Shown here: positions 49,839 through 62,073 of the stretch, one piece after another
How the letters are laid out: every line of letters starts with the position of its first letter
Position numbering within the stretch: the stretch's first letter is position 1
Assembly (NCBI RefSeq): GCF_006345805.1
Contig: NC_043000.1
Span: 42,098,001-42,162,000 of the forward strand
Reading direction: 5' to 3'
Length of the DNA stretch: 64,000 nucleotides
Source: Octopus sinensis
Lineage: Eukaryota
Made by a program: the position numbers and the translations under genes
The notes under the pieces: generated by a model
Told to the model about the DNA's origin: nothing
Databases searched by the model: none
Seen by the model: the letters and a program-made list of their open reading frames with translations, nothing else

Positions 49839-50043
49839 TTGGAGAGCAAATCACTGATATAACTTCTTTTGAATGTGGTCGAAGATGGTGCCCAATAAAT
49901 CCTTCTTTTGTTAACTCCAGCCCTTCACCTTCTTTATTTACAAACTTGAGAACATCTCTATTGTTGTATGTTTCTAGAATATTCAGGTCAAGATCATATC
50001 GCAGGTTGTGGTTGGTTTTATTTTCGACAACAATCTCTTGAGA
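49839..50043 (-). CDS. CFAP47: CFAP47 exon (205 nt, phase 0-1): SQEIVVENKTNHNLRYDLDL...VISVICSP
   Basis: Acceptor tttatttcttgctttttag and donor CCAA|gtgagt; open frame. Confidence 0.88.
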
Positions 50044-50489
50044 CTAAAAAGCAAGAAATAAAAACCAATGAAATAATAATGGGGAGTGGGGCGGGGAGAA
50101 GGATTGTCTTTTTTTTTTTTTTTCATTTCAGAATGAAGCATTACAATTACAGACAACAAAAAGATGAGGTTCAAATCTTTGTTTTAGTAGCCATTGTAGT
50201 GTAGCGCTGACCTTGGTTGGCCTCGACATGAACAAACCTTTTGCATGGAAGAATCTAATTAAATTAACTAAGAAATCGATATTTCTATGGAAGAAGGCGG
50301 TGAGGTGGCAGAGTTGTTAGCATGCCAGGCCAGGCAAACTGCTTAGCAGTATTTTGTCTGTCTTTATGTTCTGGGTTCAAATTCCACTGAGGTTGACATT
50401 GCCTTTCATCCTTTGAGGAGGCAGGGCGCTAAAGTAAGTGCCAGTTGAGTACTGGGGTCAACATAATTGATATACATGTATGTATGTAT

Positions 50490-50588
50490 ACACACACAAG
50501 CACACATATATATTCATATATATATTTGTATATATATATATATAATATATATATATATATACAAATATATATATATACATATATATAC

Positions 50589-50620
<32 letters not shown>

Positions 50621-50781
50621 TATATATATATATATATACATACATATATATATATATATATACACATATATATATATATATAACACACATATATATATAT
50701 ATATACATACAATATATATATATATATATATATATACATACATATATATATATATATACATACATATATATATATATATAT

Positions 50782-50838
<57 letters not shown>
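50490..50838. repeat. Long (TA)n/(TACA)n microsatellite
   Basis: Directly visible. Confidence 0.95.
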
Positions 50839-50839
<1 letters not shown>

Positions 50840-50844
50840 TGGTG

Positions 50845-51100
50845 CAGGCGCAATGGCCCAACGGTTAGGGCAGCGAACTCGCGGTCGTAGGATCTTGGTT
50901 TCGATTCCCAGACCGGGCGCTGTGAGTGTTTATTAGTGATCCCTGCTGTACACTTTCGCCACAACTTTCTTTCACTCTTTCTTCTGTTGGTCTGCTCACT
51001 TAGCCAGCGGGGTGGCGTCATTTGATGCGAAGCGCATTGTGACCAGCGATGTGTAGCAACATCTGATAGCCTGGTCGGTCACGGTGATCACGGTGATATA
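50845..51100 (+). mobile_element. tRNA-derived SINE, deleted copy (another family)
   Basis: tRNA-like head GGCGCAATGGCCCAACGGTTAGGGCAGCG...GGTTTCGATTCCCAGACC followed by non-tRNA body. Confidence 0.65.
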
Positions 51101-51859
51101 TTGCTGCAACCATGACTGTATGGTTAAGAAGTTGCTTCTCCAGCCATGTAATTTTGGGTTCAGTCCCACTGCTTAGCTAGTTGGACATGTGTCTTCTACT
51201 ATAGACCCCAAGGTGGCTAAAGTCCTGTGTGTGGAATGAAAATATTTCATTGTACACCTTCTGGCTGATCATAGATACACTATTTCACTAGTATGTATCA
51301 AATACACCTTCTCCTCCATTTATGACTGAGTTCTGTTCCAACTGACAGGTCACAAGTCGATCTGGTCGTATGTCGGATTTATATTTTTCAACATTATCTT
51401 CATTCAAGCACAACTGATGCTTGAAAGTGACTGAATGAGACACAGTGACAGGCAGTGGATGGCTGGGTCTGAGGGTGGCCTGGATTGCCAGATGCTGCCA
51501 TAGTTATCATATGCGCACATGCCCAATGTCTGAAAATTTATTTATTTATTTATCTATTTATTGAGGTTGTAAGTGTTGATGGTTGTAAGTCAAGGAGAAG
51601 GTGCAGTTGAAAAGAATAAAGGTCTCTTTTCTCTTTTATTCTTTTATTTGTGTCAGTCATTAGAGTGTGGTCATGCTGGGGCATTGCCTTGAACAATTTT
51701 TAGTCGGCTGTGTGGTAAGTAGCTTGCTTACCAACCACATGGTTCCGGGTTCAGTCCCACTGTGTGGCATCTTGGGCAAGTGTCTTCTGCTATAGCCTCT
51801 GGCCGACCACTGCCTTGTGAGTGGATTTGGTAGACGGAAACTGAAAGAAGCCTGTCGTA

Positions 51860-51923
<64 letters not shown>

Positions 51924-52643
51924 GTATGTGTGTGTATATGTTTGTGTGTCTGTGTTTGTCCCCCCAACATCGTTTGACAACCGATGCTGGTGTGTTTACG
52001 TCCCCGTCACTTAGTGGTTCGGCAAAAGAGACCAATAGAATAAGTACTGGGCTTACAAAGAATAAGTCCTGGGATCGATTTCCTCAACTAAAGGTGGTGC
52101 TCCAGCATGGCCGCAGTCAAATGACTGAAACAAGTAAAAGAGTAAAAGAGTAAGAGAATGAATCAACATTAGTACTTTCTATTTTTAAAACCTGGTACTT
52201 ATTCTATTGATTGCTCTGCCAAACCAATAAGTTATGGGGATGTAAGCACACCAACACTGGTTGTCAAGTGGTGGTGGTGATGGTGATGGGGGACAAACAC
52301 AAACACAAACACAAACACACACAGACACAAAGTCACACACACACGAAGACACACACACACAAGACACACAGACACAAAGTCACGCACATGCATATATATA
52401 TATATAACACATGATGAGCTTCTTTCAGCTTCTGTCTACCAAATCCACTCACAATGCTTTGGTCAGCCCTAGGCTATCGTAGAATACACTTGCCCAAGGT
52501 GCTATGTGGTTGAGAAGAAAACCTCTTATCATACAGGAGTGCTTGCACTTATACGAAAAAAAAAAAAAACTCCCAGAAAAACAAAGAAAAATGAAAACAC
52601 AATTATAATAATAAAAGAAGTAACTATCAATAAAAAGAACTAC

Positions 52644-52916
52644 CTTTTTCTGCTCTGTCATGAGATGCACATTATGGTAACTGAAGACAAAGCTGAATTG
52701 AATTTTGTATGCGGACAGTTCAAAAATAGGCCTCAACCCACTGGCAATTACTCTCCGTCTTGGTGTGACAATCTGAGCAAGGGTGGTACGAGCATTGAGA
52801 TGTCGTTTGGAAGCAGTTGATGTCTCACTGGAATCATGTGGTGAGGAGTGAGGAGGTGGTGCTGGTGCTGCTGTATGGTTGATGAACACTGGCATGAGAA
52901 AGTTGTAAGCAGCAAC
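52644..52916 (-). CDS. CFAP47: CFAP47 exon (273 nt, phase 0-0): VAAYNFLMPVFIN...PRRRVIASGLRPIFELS...MTEQKK
   Basis: Core of ORF 52449..52943; acceptor tatatgtttcag and donor AAG|gtagtt. Confidence 0.9.
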
Positions 52917-53050
52917 CTGAAACATATAAATCACATGGGACAAACTAGATGAGAAAATACAGAATACTCTTTAGAGATTATAAGTATTACTAGCTGACCC
53001 TGTTCCATCATAAATGATGGCTAATTGTAGTATTTTATATATATAAATAA

Positions 53051-53351
53051 CTAGCAGTATCGTCCGGCGTTGCTCGGGTTTGTAAGGGAAATAACTATAT
53101 AAGCATTTTTAGAGAGTTACTTCCCTTATACAACCCAAGCAAAAATCATTAAAAATGTGGAAAAATTATGGTAAATTTTTTTTTAAATCGTAGACTCATC
53201 ATAAACACACGCTAATACCCAGAAGGGCTCGATATGAATCACGACTATAAGATACCCACTTTTGGTTAAACTGCACCGCAAAATGTGGGAGTAGTTAGGA
53301 ATCAAAATCAGAATAGACAGACACACACAACTTTAGTTTTATATATAAAGA
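53051..53351 (-). mobile_element. Short non-autonomous Helitron (~300 bp)
   Basis: The minus strand starts TCTTTATATAT and ends CCCGAGCAACGCCGGACG-ATACTG-CTAG, flanked by A and T. Confidence 0.85.
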
Positions 53352-54371
53352 TTAGATATTAATAATATTTAATTCACTACACTAATTATGATGGTTCTAA
53401 CTCAACCAATAAACAAGCATCACCAATTTATATTGGTTCGGCTTAGAGAAAACAGCTGTGCTCCTGACCCTCCCTATGTTTTATAGGTATAGGTTGATGG
53501 CTGCTGGAAAAACATGGGCAGTGATGGAATTCTTGAAGAATAGTGTTCTGAAGAAGAAGGGCTAGAATTTTGAAGGGTTGGGTACAACATGGCTGATGAG
53601 AGGATGTGAGGCAAATGAGATGGAAGACTTGAGTGGAGTTAGTATGAAACCAGCCAGTTGCTTGGAACAGGCTATAATTGTAGTGGTAGGAAAGGAAAAG
53701 GTGAAGAGAAAGCACACCTTGGCCTAAGCTAGCATTAATTTCACTGTCTGACATAAAAAAATCCTATAAACAATCATAAATCAGCATTTCATTTGACATT
53801 TTCATTGCATTCCAATATAGTTTCAATTTTTATAGTTGCTTTGTGAAAGCATAAAGTACATGTTAGCATTTGATTTTTTTCCCCACTTAACATAAATTTC
53901 TATACTTCTTTTCATTAATTTATCCAAATCTAAAATCACATTATAGGGTAAGAGGCCATCCGTATACACAACTGAAGGAAATTGGTATAAGTATCAATGT
54001 AAGATATTATATCTACATCATAATAAATTGCTTGTCACTTAAAAGGACATGCAGTAAAAAAAAAAAAAAAAAAAAAAATGCAGTGAAAGATCTGTTGTGA
54101 GAACTTAGGCAAATGAGAAAAAATTTCTTCTTTGACTCTGTAACAGAATCATGATTTAGAATATATTTTTTCATAGATTTTATTTTTCACACTGTTCTGT
54201 GCTGTAGAGCACAGCATCCCACGGCAAAAGTTTTTAGATCGTGCTAAAGGAGAAGAGGCTACTAGCTTCTAATCTAACTCTTCCTTATTTCTTCTAGGAA
54301 GTAAGTATTCATATTTCATTTTTGGATTTGGCTTGCAATATTCTTTATATGAGTTCGTGTGTTGAAGCATA

Positions 54372-54639
54372 TTCTGTTGTGTCTGGGGAGAGTCATTTTC
54401 TTTTTGTGCCTTATAATGTAACACACACACTGGTAAAATTTCTGCTTATTTCTTATCTTTATTTTCCTAAAATTTTCGTTGCGTCTTGCAACCTTTTCAA
54501 TAGTCTTGACTATTGAAAAGGTTGCAAGACGCAATGAGACTATTTTAGGAAAATAAAAATAAGAAGTGGAAATTTTACTGGTGAGTGTGTTACACTATAA
54601 GGCACAAAACGAAAATGACTCTCCCCAGACACAACAGAA
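54372..54639. repeat. Near-perfect palindrome, ~134-bp arms, 2-nt loop (54506-54507)
   Basis: The inner 27 bp are perfect and the outer arms align with few mismatches or indels. The arm sequence belongs to a dispersed repeat also seen at 3110-3235 and 48140-48262. Confidence 0.92.
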
Positions 54640-54739
54640 GTATTCATAGACATCCCTAAAATATTTGAGGGGCAATGAGAATACTTTGAACATTCAGAAT
54701 CAAACTTGTGTTTGCATCCTCTAAGCAAATTTCATTCAT

Positions 54740-54920
54740 GCACTTGTGGGAGTGTTGGTAGTCCATCGGTGTCAGACAATGACAAAATCTGTGTTCTCAG
54801 CGATGAGAGTGCATGTGATTCTGCAGACCAAAGCTGGAAGCACACAGGCATCCACAGATGTCACAATGATAGTCTGTGTTCTGGGAGTATTATGAGTAGC
54901 ATAACTAATTCTAATACTAT
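54740..54920 (-). mobile_element. RTE (BovB-like) LINE 3' end
   Basis: C-terminal zinc knuckle CDICGCLCASSFGLQNHMHSH, a stop, and a short 3' UTR. Confidence 0.6.
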
Positions 54921-55387
54921 GAAGCATTTGCCTGATGCTCAACTGATTTTGCTCTGATCACAGTAATTTATGCTCAAAGTCATTCAGATTGAGACCATTT
55001 ATCCTTTACTAGTCAGATATAGTATATCTGGAAGCAGATATTTTATAAAGTGAATGGACATTTTTGAATACATTTTTCTATATCCCTGTAATGATCCCTT
55101 CAACCAACACCTCTGATTGACTCTAAAAAAAATGAAAAGCACGAAGTCGAACTTGGCAGAATTTGATCTCAGAACATGAAGATGAATGAAATGCTGCTAA
55201 GTAATTTGCTCAGTGTGCTACCAATTCTGCCAGCTCACTGCTTTTAATAGTTTCAAATTTTGGCACAAGGCTAGCAGTTTTAGGGGAGAAAGTAAATCAA
55301 TTACATCAAATCCAAAGCTCAACTAGGGTTTATCTTAATGACCCTGAAAGAATGAAAGGCAAAGTCAAGCTTGACAGAATCACTGTC

Positions 55388-55424
<37 letters not shown>

Positions 55425-56337
55425 TAATAATAATAATAATAATAATATGACTGCACATCTTCAATTTGATAGATGCTTACTATTTTATTCTGGTATATTG
55501 TTATAATTATTTATGGCTATCTGCTTATTAATGTCTTTATTGTTGCTGTTTGTGCTATCCTTTTCCCAGAACACTTGGGTTTTAAGTTTTCTCTCACACC
55601 ATGTATCCTCAATTGACACAATGCTGTAATCTTTCACATTAGGTGTAACATCTTGAGATATTTTCACCACTTACTCTTCATTATTTGCATTGAATAGATA
55701 TATACATATTTCTTTATTTTTGTGCTTTGTTTTTTATTCAAATCTGCTATCCGAACATGATCGATGCCAGGGCCTCCTGACTGGCTCCTGTGCTGGTGGC
55801 ATGCAAAAAGTACCCACTACACTCTCGGAGCGGTTGGCACTAGGAAGGAAATCCAGCTTTAGAAACATTGTCAGATCAGATTGGAGCCTGGTGCAGCCAC
55901 TGGCTTTCCAGACCTCAGTCAAACCGCCCAGCACAATCCACTAGTTTTTACTTTTAAATCAAACTATATTTAGTAAAGAATCAGAAATTTCATCTGTGGC
56001 ATGTAAAAAGCACCCACTACACTCGCAGAGTGGTTGGCGTTAGGAAGGGCATCCAGCTGTAGAAATACTGCCAGGTCAGACTGGAGCCTGGCGTAGCCTA
56101 CTAGCTTCCCAGACCCTGGTCGAACTGTCCAACCCATGCTAGCATGGAAACGGACGTTAAATGATGATGATGATGTGTTCAGTGTTTTGAGTAGGATTGT
56201 ATATGTCAGTAGTGTACAAATACATTCAAAAGCTGACTACAGCTGTAGATATAATATTCAGTACTGTAAAATATATTTAAATAATAGTCATATATATGTA
56301 TAAAATAGTTGGTAGTATTAGATATACTTGAATAGTG

Positions 56338-56377
<40 letters not shown>

Positions 56378-56876
56378 CAGATAGATAGATAGATAGATAT
56401 CGGTATGCCTTTAGAATTATTCTTTTGTAGTTGGGTTTAACTGCCCTTTCTAACTTGTAAGGAGTCCTGTCATAGGTCTTCTCTTTGTGTATATACCTAT
56501 ATATTCACTTATATATATATATATTCCGCAAAAAAATCTCAAATTTTATTTAATTTGACTTTCGCGGGAAGGAAAGTTTTATTGAAGTCATGTATCGCCT
56601 TGACCTTCAAAACGTGGAGTAGATGAAACTAAGGCGACTGAAGAAGGGGAATTTTCCTTGTTTTGTATGTCCTGTACTCTATTTTTTTGTTGTTTAAAAG
56701 AAATGTCCATTTCCTTGTTTTTGTGTTTATGTTTTCGTTTCTCATTGTGTTCAACGTTTTTTTGGTGTCCTGTACCCATATATGCATGTATATATACATG
56801 TAGAGGTAGGTACGTACATATATGTATGTATATATGCATATGTTTTATTTATTAATTTATATATATGCATATATAT

Positions 56877-56909
<33 letters not shown>

Positions 56910-56929
56910 CATGTATATATATATGTATA

Positions 56930-56974
<45 letters not shown>

Positions 56975-57224
56975 TATATATATGAGTCAGTACTATGAAA
57001 TAACTTCAAATTCTGACAACATATGTTGAGAAATAGTCATGTGTTGCTTTTTTTTATTCTTTTTTTTTGTTAATATCAGGCCAAATATTTTTTTCTGATT
57101 ATGTAATACACTGGAAAGAAAGTTAGGGTGTGCATTGAATAGATATACATATTTCTTTCTTTTTGTGTGTTTTTTTTAAAATTTTTATTCAAATCTACTT
57201 TCCAAATTAAAATCAGAAAATTAC

Positions 57225-57325
57225 CTCTGTTGGCTCAAACACTAGTTTCCCTTCAACTTTGGTATTTCCATTCGCATGTATAGAATACATGCCAGAAATG
57301 TCACTCTCGTAGAGAACACATTCTT
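57225..57325 (-). CDS. CFAP47: CFAP47 exon (101 nt, phase 1-0): ECVLYESDISGMYSIHANGNTKVEGKLVFEPTE
   Basis: Acceptor tttcgttttctttttcag and donor GAG|gtaatt; open in the required frame. Confidence 0.88.
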
Positions 57326-57894
57326 CTGAAAAAGAAAACGAAAAAAATAAGAGTGAGAGATAAAAAAAATTTAAGAAAGAAAAATCATTTTAAGAAGAAC
57401 ACAAAGTTTCCTTCTGTAACTTAGCCAATGGCATGATCCTTGAACATTCTGCAGATTGATTTCTCTCTTCAAAGTGAATCGCATACAACATTCTGATGAT
57501 TATATATTTCATATCTTGATTTATAACATAGGCACAAAGCCATACGTTTTTATTTTTGGGAGATGGGTAGAGTCACTGTAACTGACTGCATTACTTGACT
57601 GGTACTAATTTTAGCAACATCAGAGCGTAAATGCTTGTGACTAAATACAGCAAGCCATTTTATCTAGTCCCTTACTATTTCTACTACCTATTACCATCTT
57701 AACATCCTGAATATTAAGATAAATTATTGGTAAAATACTGTAAAACTCCATCTATAATACATACGTTTTTCTCACCAGAATCAAGGTTAAATTTAGGAGA
57801 GTATAAAAACGCGGTGTTTAGCTGCAATGTTTCTACCCACCCACTGATTGTTAAGATTAAAAAAAAGAAGACAATACTGTAATAAAACATTATC

Positions 57895-58400
57895 ATCATC
57901 ATCATCGTTTAGTGTCCTCTTTCTATGCTGGCATGGGTTGGACGGTTTGATATGGAGCTGTCCAGACTCCAACTGTCTGTTGTGGCATGATTTCTATGGC
58001 TGGATGCCTTTCCTAATGCCTACCTCATTGCAGAGTTTGTTGGGTGCTTTTTACATGCCACTGGCATGGGTGCTTTTTAAGTGGTGCCAGCACATGAAGG
58101 AACAAGCCTTTATGCGTGGAAGAGAACAATTTTATTTAGCTTGATGCATCTCATCAAGTACTATAAATCCCCACATCTCCTAGCCCCTTGTCATTTTCTT
58201 GGTGAGGCACAGTGTCTGACAATCCTTTCTTACCACTTCATCCCACGTCTTCCTGGGTCAAATCCTTCTACAGATACTCTCTACAATTAGAGCTTGGCAC
58301 TTCTTTATGCAGCTGTTCTCATCCATTCACATCACATGACAAAACCAGTACAGTCTTCTCTCTTGCACACATCTGATGCCACTTATACTCAGTTTTCTTC
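57895..58400 (-). mobile_element. RTE LINE ORF2 C-terminus plus family C tail
   Basis: QERRL.WF.HV..MDE.SCIKKC......RPRKTWDEVVRKD, continuing into the (GAT)n-tailed repeat. Confidence 0.8.
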
Positions 58401-59849
58401 TTAAATCAAATCTTAATTAGCTGAAACTTCTTGAACTGTAACCCTCAGTTTCATATTTGTTGTTGTCATCATATATTGTACACTTCTGCAATTCATTGAT
58501 GACACTACAACAAAACTCTTCCTGATAAAGCACAAATTCTCCCATTGGATGAAACTATAGCATTATTTCATTCTGACATCCTCAGAGTGTTTTCTTCACA
58601 GAGATATTGGTGTTGTTTGCCAGTATGATGGCTATTGGCCCACAAGAAGCTCATCTGCCCTTCTACAGGTCCTGTTTTCAGTCCTGCTAGGTGTCCAGAC
58701 ACCCTCTTCACAAGAGTAATAAATTACTCAAGTGGAGGAGCTGGTTTAGTTGCTGACCACTTGAACATGAAATATGTATATCTCTTTACTACCCACAAGG
58801 GGCTAAACACAGAGGGGACAAACAAGGACAGACAAACGGATTAAGTCGATTATATCGACCCCAATGCGTAACTGGTACTTAATTTATCAACCCCGAAAGG
58901 ATGAAAGGCAAAGTCGACCTCAGCGGAATTTGAACTCAAAACGGTAGTAATAGTTTACATGCTACCAGTAGCAGGCCTCGTTCCTGACCAAACTTCCATG
59001 TTACTAATTATTAAAATAATTAAATCAGTGTGACAAAGCATGTAAGCAGAAATATCCATAAACGCAATGAATACATCAAATCATTAGCATTTGACTGGTT
59101 AAAAAGAAATGTCACACATTCATCTATTCAACTGTCATATGCAGAACATGAGGATATAGCTTCATGTAGTCAATATTACATGAGTAAAACACAAAAGTAA
59201 AGTAGGTGACTGATGTTAATGAAGTTTCAGTGTTCAATTAAATGCTTTTGTATTACGTTATATAAAGGCATAGCTGTGTGGTTAAGAATCTTGCTTTACA
59301 ATCACATGGTTTTGGGTTCAGTCTCACTGCATGGTACTTTGGACAAATGTCATCAACTATAGCCCTTGGCCAACCAGTGTTTTGTGAGTGAATTCAGTTG
59401 ACAGAAAGTGTGTAGAAGCCCATCACATCGATATCTATAATAATAAACACAAAATTCTGTCTGGTCGTCCATCCAGGACCTCTGTATCTCAGTCTATGTT
59501 TTCTCTACATAGACATATTATACCTTTTTAGAATCAAGATGATCCAGGATTGAAAATCTGTTCTTCATTTGTTTCTTGAATATCCAGCGTTGGGATCAGG
59601 TCTGGAAGAGGATTTGTTATATGCTAACAGTTGAAAATTCAAATTTTAAAAGAACTCCAAAAATTTGTGAACTTACAAGTTTTTATTTAAACTGAATTAA
59701 AAGTAATACCATATTGTTAGGGTAGCAATATATGCTTGATTATTATTGCTCACTTTAGCTTTGGGCCACAGGCTCAATTAACCCTCTGCAGGAGCTAGCT
59801 TAAAAGTCCTTGTGGAGTGTAGTCTTTAAGCTAGTATAAATATAAAAGA

Positions 59850-60735
59850 ACTTCAAGTTTAGTTAAAATATGTTTGTGACATTTTAACTTCAAAAGCAAA
59901 TTCACTTCAGTTACCATGGAGAAAAAAATTCTTTCTTATGGTAAAAGGTGTAAAAATACCATATCTTCTAAGCAATTCCTTCTAGTGGATTCCCATGTAC
60001 ACATTTCTGGCTCTTTAGCCTTCCTCAATGGGAAATACCAAACAGAGGTAACCCTGGGCACATTCAAAACCATAGCCTTATCTTAAAACAATCAACATCA
60101 GTGACTTGGTGGCATTCATGGACTGCCTCATTGGAATAAAAATAGCAGTATCAGGGACAAACAGTGATGAAGAATAAATGAACTGTAGGTTAGTTAAACT
60201 ATGGCTAAAGAACTAGAAATGTGCTTCTGAGAATCCACTAAAGGAAAGTACGAGGCATTTTTACACCTTTTACCATAAGAGAATTTCCCCTCCATGGTAA
60301 CTGCACTGAATTTGCCTTTAAAAGTTAAAATATGTCACAAATATATTTTAATTAACTGAAAGTTTGTTTATTCTTCCTCATTGTTTGGCGCTGATGTTGC
60401 TATTCTTATTCCTGCCAGGCAGTCCATGAGCACAACTCAGTCACTGATGTTGACTGTTTCTAGATAAAGCTGCAACTTTGAATCTATCCATGGTTATCTC
60501 TCTTCCGTTTTTCCCATTGTGGAAGGCTAAAGAGTAAGAAATATATGTCTGGAAATCTGCTAGAAAGAAACATTGGATAGATAGTATGATTTTATACATT
60601 TTACCATAAAAGAAAAATTTTTCTCCACAGTAACTGCTGCAAATTTGCCCTTAGAAGTTAAAATATGTCGCAAACATATTTTAACTAACCTAAAGTTTGT
60701 TTATTCTTCATCACTGTTTGATGCTAATTCTGCTA
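59850..60735. repeat. Diverged inverted/tandem multiplication of a ~331-bp unit
   Basis: 59850-60200 matches the reverse complement of 60201-60735; 60260-60400 and 60590-60730 are direct repeats 331 bp apart. Confidence 0.8.
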
Positions 60736-60843
60736 TGTGTATATATATGTATTTCCTTCTGGTCATTCAAAATGTGACCGCGTGTGTACTGTTGGCAATT
60801 TTTTTCCTCTGTCTTCCCTTCTCTGGATCTTTCCTTCTCCTAT

Positions 60844-60878
60844 GTTTCCGACGAAGAGCTCTGCTCGAAACGTTAAAC
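60844..60878 (+). ncRNA. Minimal hammerhead-like motif, CCGACGA (U4C) core, within Penelope-like remnant 60770-60970
   Basis: GUUU-CCGACGA-A-GAGC(UCU)GCUC-GAAAC-GUU-AAAC; stem I GUUU/AAAC is perfect. Confidence 0.55.
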
Positions 60879-60967
60879 CCTCCTTCTTTCCTGAGCGTCC
60901 AATAATACTATATTTGTTCCACGTCCTCGCATTGTTGTGTTTTTTGTGCTTTCTTGTTTGGATTAAC

Positions 60968-60998
<31 letters not shown>

Positions 60999-61991
60999 CG
61001 TTTATCATTTATCTTTTACTTGTTTCAGACGTAATACTGAGGCCACGCTGGGACACCAGCTTGAAGAATTTTTAGTGAAATGAATTGACCGTTTTTAAAA
61101 AAGCTTGGTACTTATCCTACAGGTTTCTTTTCCTGAATCACTAAATTATGGGGACATAAACAAACCAACATCGGTTGTCAGGTGGTGGCCGAGGACAAAC
61201 ACAGACACAAAGAGACATGCACATAAATAGATACAGATATACACATATGACAGGCTTTTTTCAGTTTCCATCCTTTCAAATCTACTCACAAGGCTTTGGT
61301 TGACCCGAGGCTATAGTAGAAGACACTCACCCAAGGTGCCATATTGTGAGACTGAAACCAGAACCATGTGGTTGGGAAGCAAACTTCTTTCTAGACATCT
61401 TTCTGACTGTCAGGCTAAGATAAACCTATGATACATAGAGGGTTACATTATCCAAAGATATTTTTAAAGACTGTAGAATGCATTTTTATGAGGGGTATTT
61501 TGGTTATATTCTTGGTAGGTCAGTTGACCATTTAGAAGCTTCCTTGGTGGCAACTACATTGCAAATATTCATATCAGATCTTCAGCCTAAATATATCAGA
61601 TTTTACTGCTTCTTACTGAAACTAATCGTGGGTCATGGCTTCTCCCAATCTATACTCCATTAATTCCAAGACACTGCAAGTCATGGATACTGCTCTTCTT
61701 TCCTTATTAAAGCCATAAAAAATTTAACCCTTCAAAATTCACATGATATTGTTGAAAGTAATGCCTTTTTTTTTCATATTGTTTTGAATTAATCATGTAT
61801 TATCTTGCAGATATGAGATTTTGATGAGGTAACTGTTAATTCTTTAAAATGATATTGTAGGTTTGACATGAGAATCCAGATTTGGCCAGTTTGAACATAA
61901 AACATGTGGAATATTTTTACTGGATATGGCAAGTTCAAATGCTAAAGGGTAAAACAAAGATGGACAATAAAAAAAAAATACAAATTTTTAC

Positions 61992-62073
61992 CTTCCGTTT
62001 GTGGAACATTGAAGTTAAGTCGGAAGTCTGAGTAGCTTGACAAATCAAAATCCACTTGGGTAAAGTTGTTGTT
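61992..62073 (-). CDS. CFAP47: CFAP47 exon (82 nt, phase 0-1): NNNFTQVDFDLSSYSDFRLNFNVPQTE
   Basis: Acceptor ttttattttaatatttttacag and donor GAAG|gtaaaa; the phase fits the next exon. Confidence 0.88.

Larger units (their letters stand above)
2858..62073 (-). other. CFAP47: Partial multi-exon gene: cilia- and flagella-associated protein 47 (15 exons in window, 5' and 3' ends outside)
   Basis: Fifteen GT-AG-bounded exons join with consistent phases into one 791-codon open frame. Recognisable CFAP47 motifs occur in the expected order: VDFDLSSYSDF, LSFRSEIPVSF, LTVVAIADNCLL, AVQRWFSANGWP, KTIYHML..LTGKILPG, SQGAC, SKKSWLDTLLQI, SNVYTEGERILLAWMN, RWIVNFDLDLKDGLVLA, HNALKIV. Homology is from recall. 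Confidence 0.9.

Noticed and set aside
50845-50915. tRNA gene (also the heads at 10578, 12826 and 28275)
   Set aside because: Only A/B-box-like heads are present; the acceptor stem does not close and each runs into a SINE body.
50429-51021. Tyr/Ile-rich ORFs (and the poly-M/I/H ORFs near 13100-13700, 32110-32430, 37420-37790 and 40600-41100)
   Set aside because: These are (TA)n and trinucleotide microsatellites.
59524-59601. 78-nt AG/GT-bounded, phase 1-1 segment on the minus strand (possible poison exon)
   Set aside because: It has in-frame TGA and TAA, a weak GTATAA donor, no CFAP47 similarity, and lies in Helitron-like sequence. Chance is the likelier explanation without junction reads.
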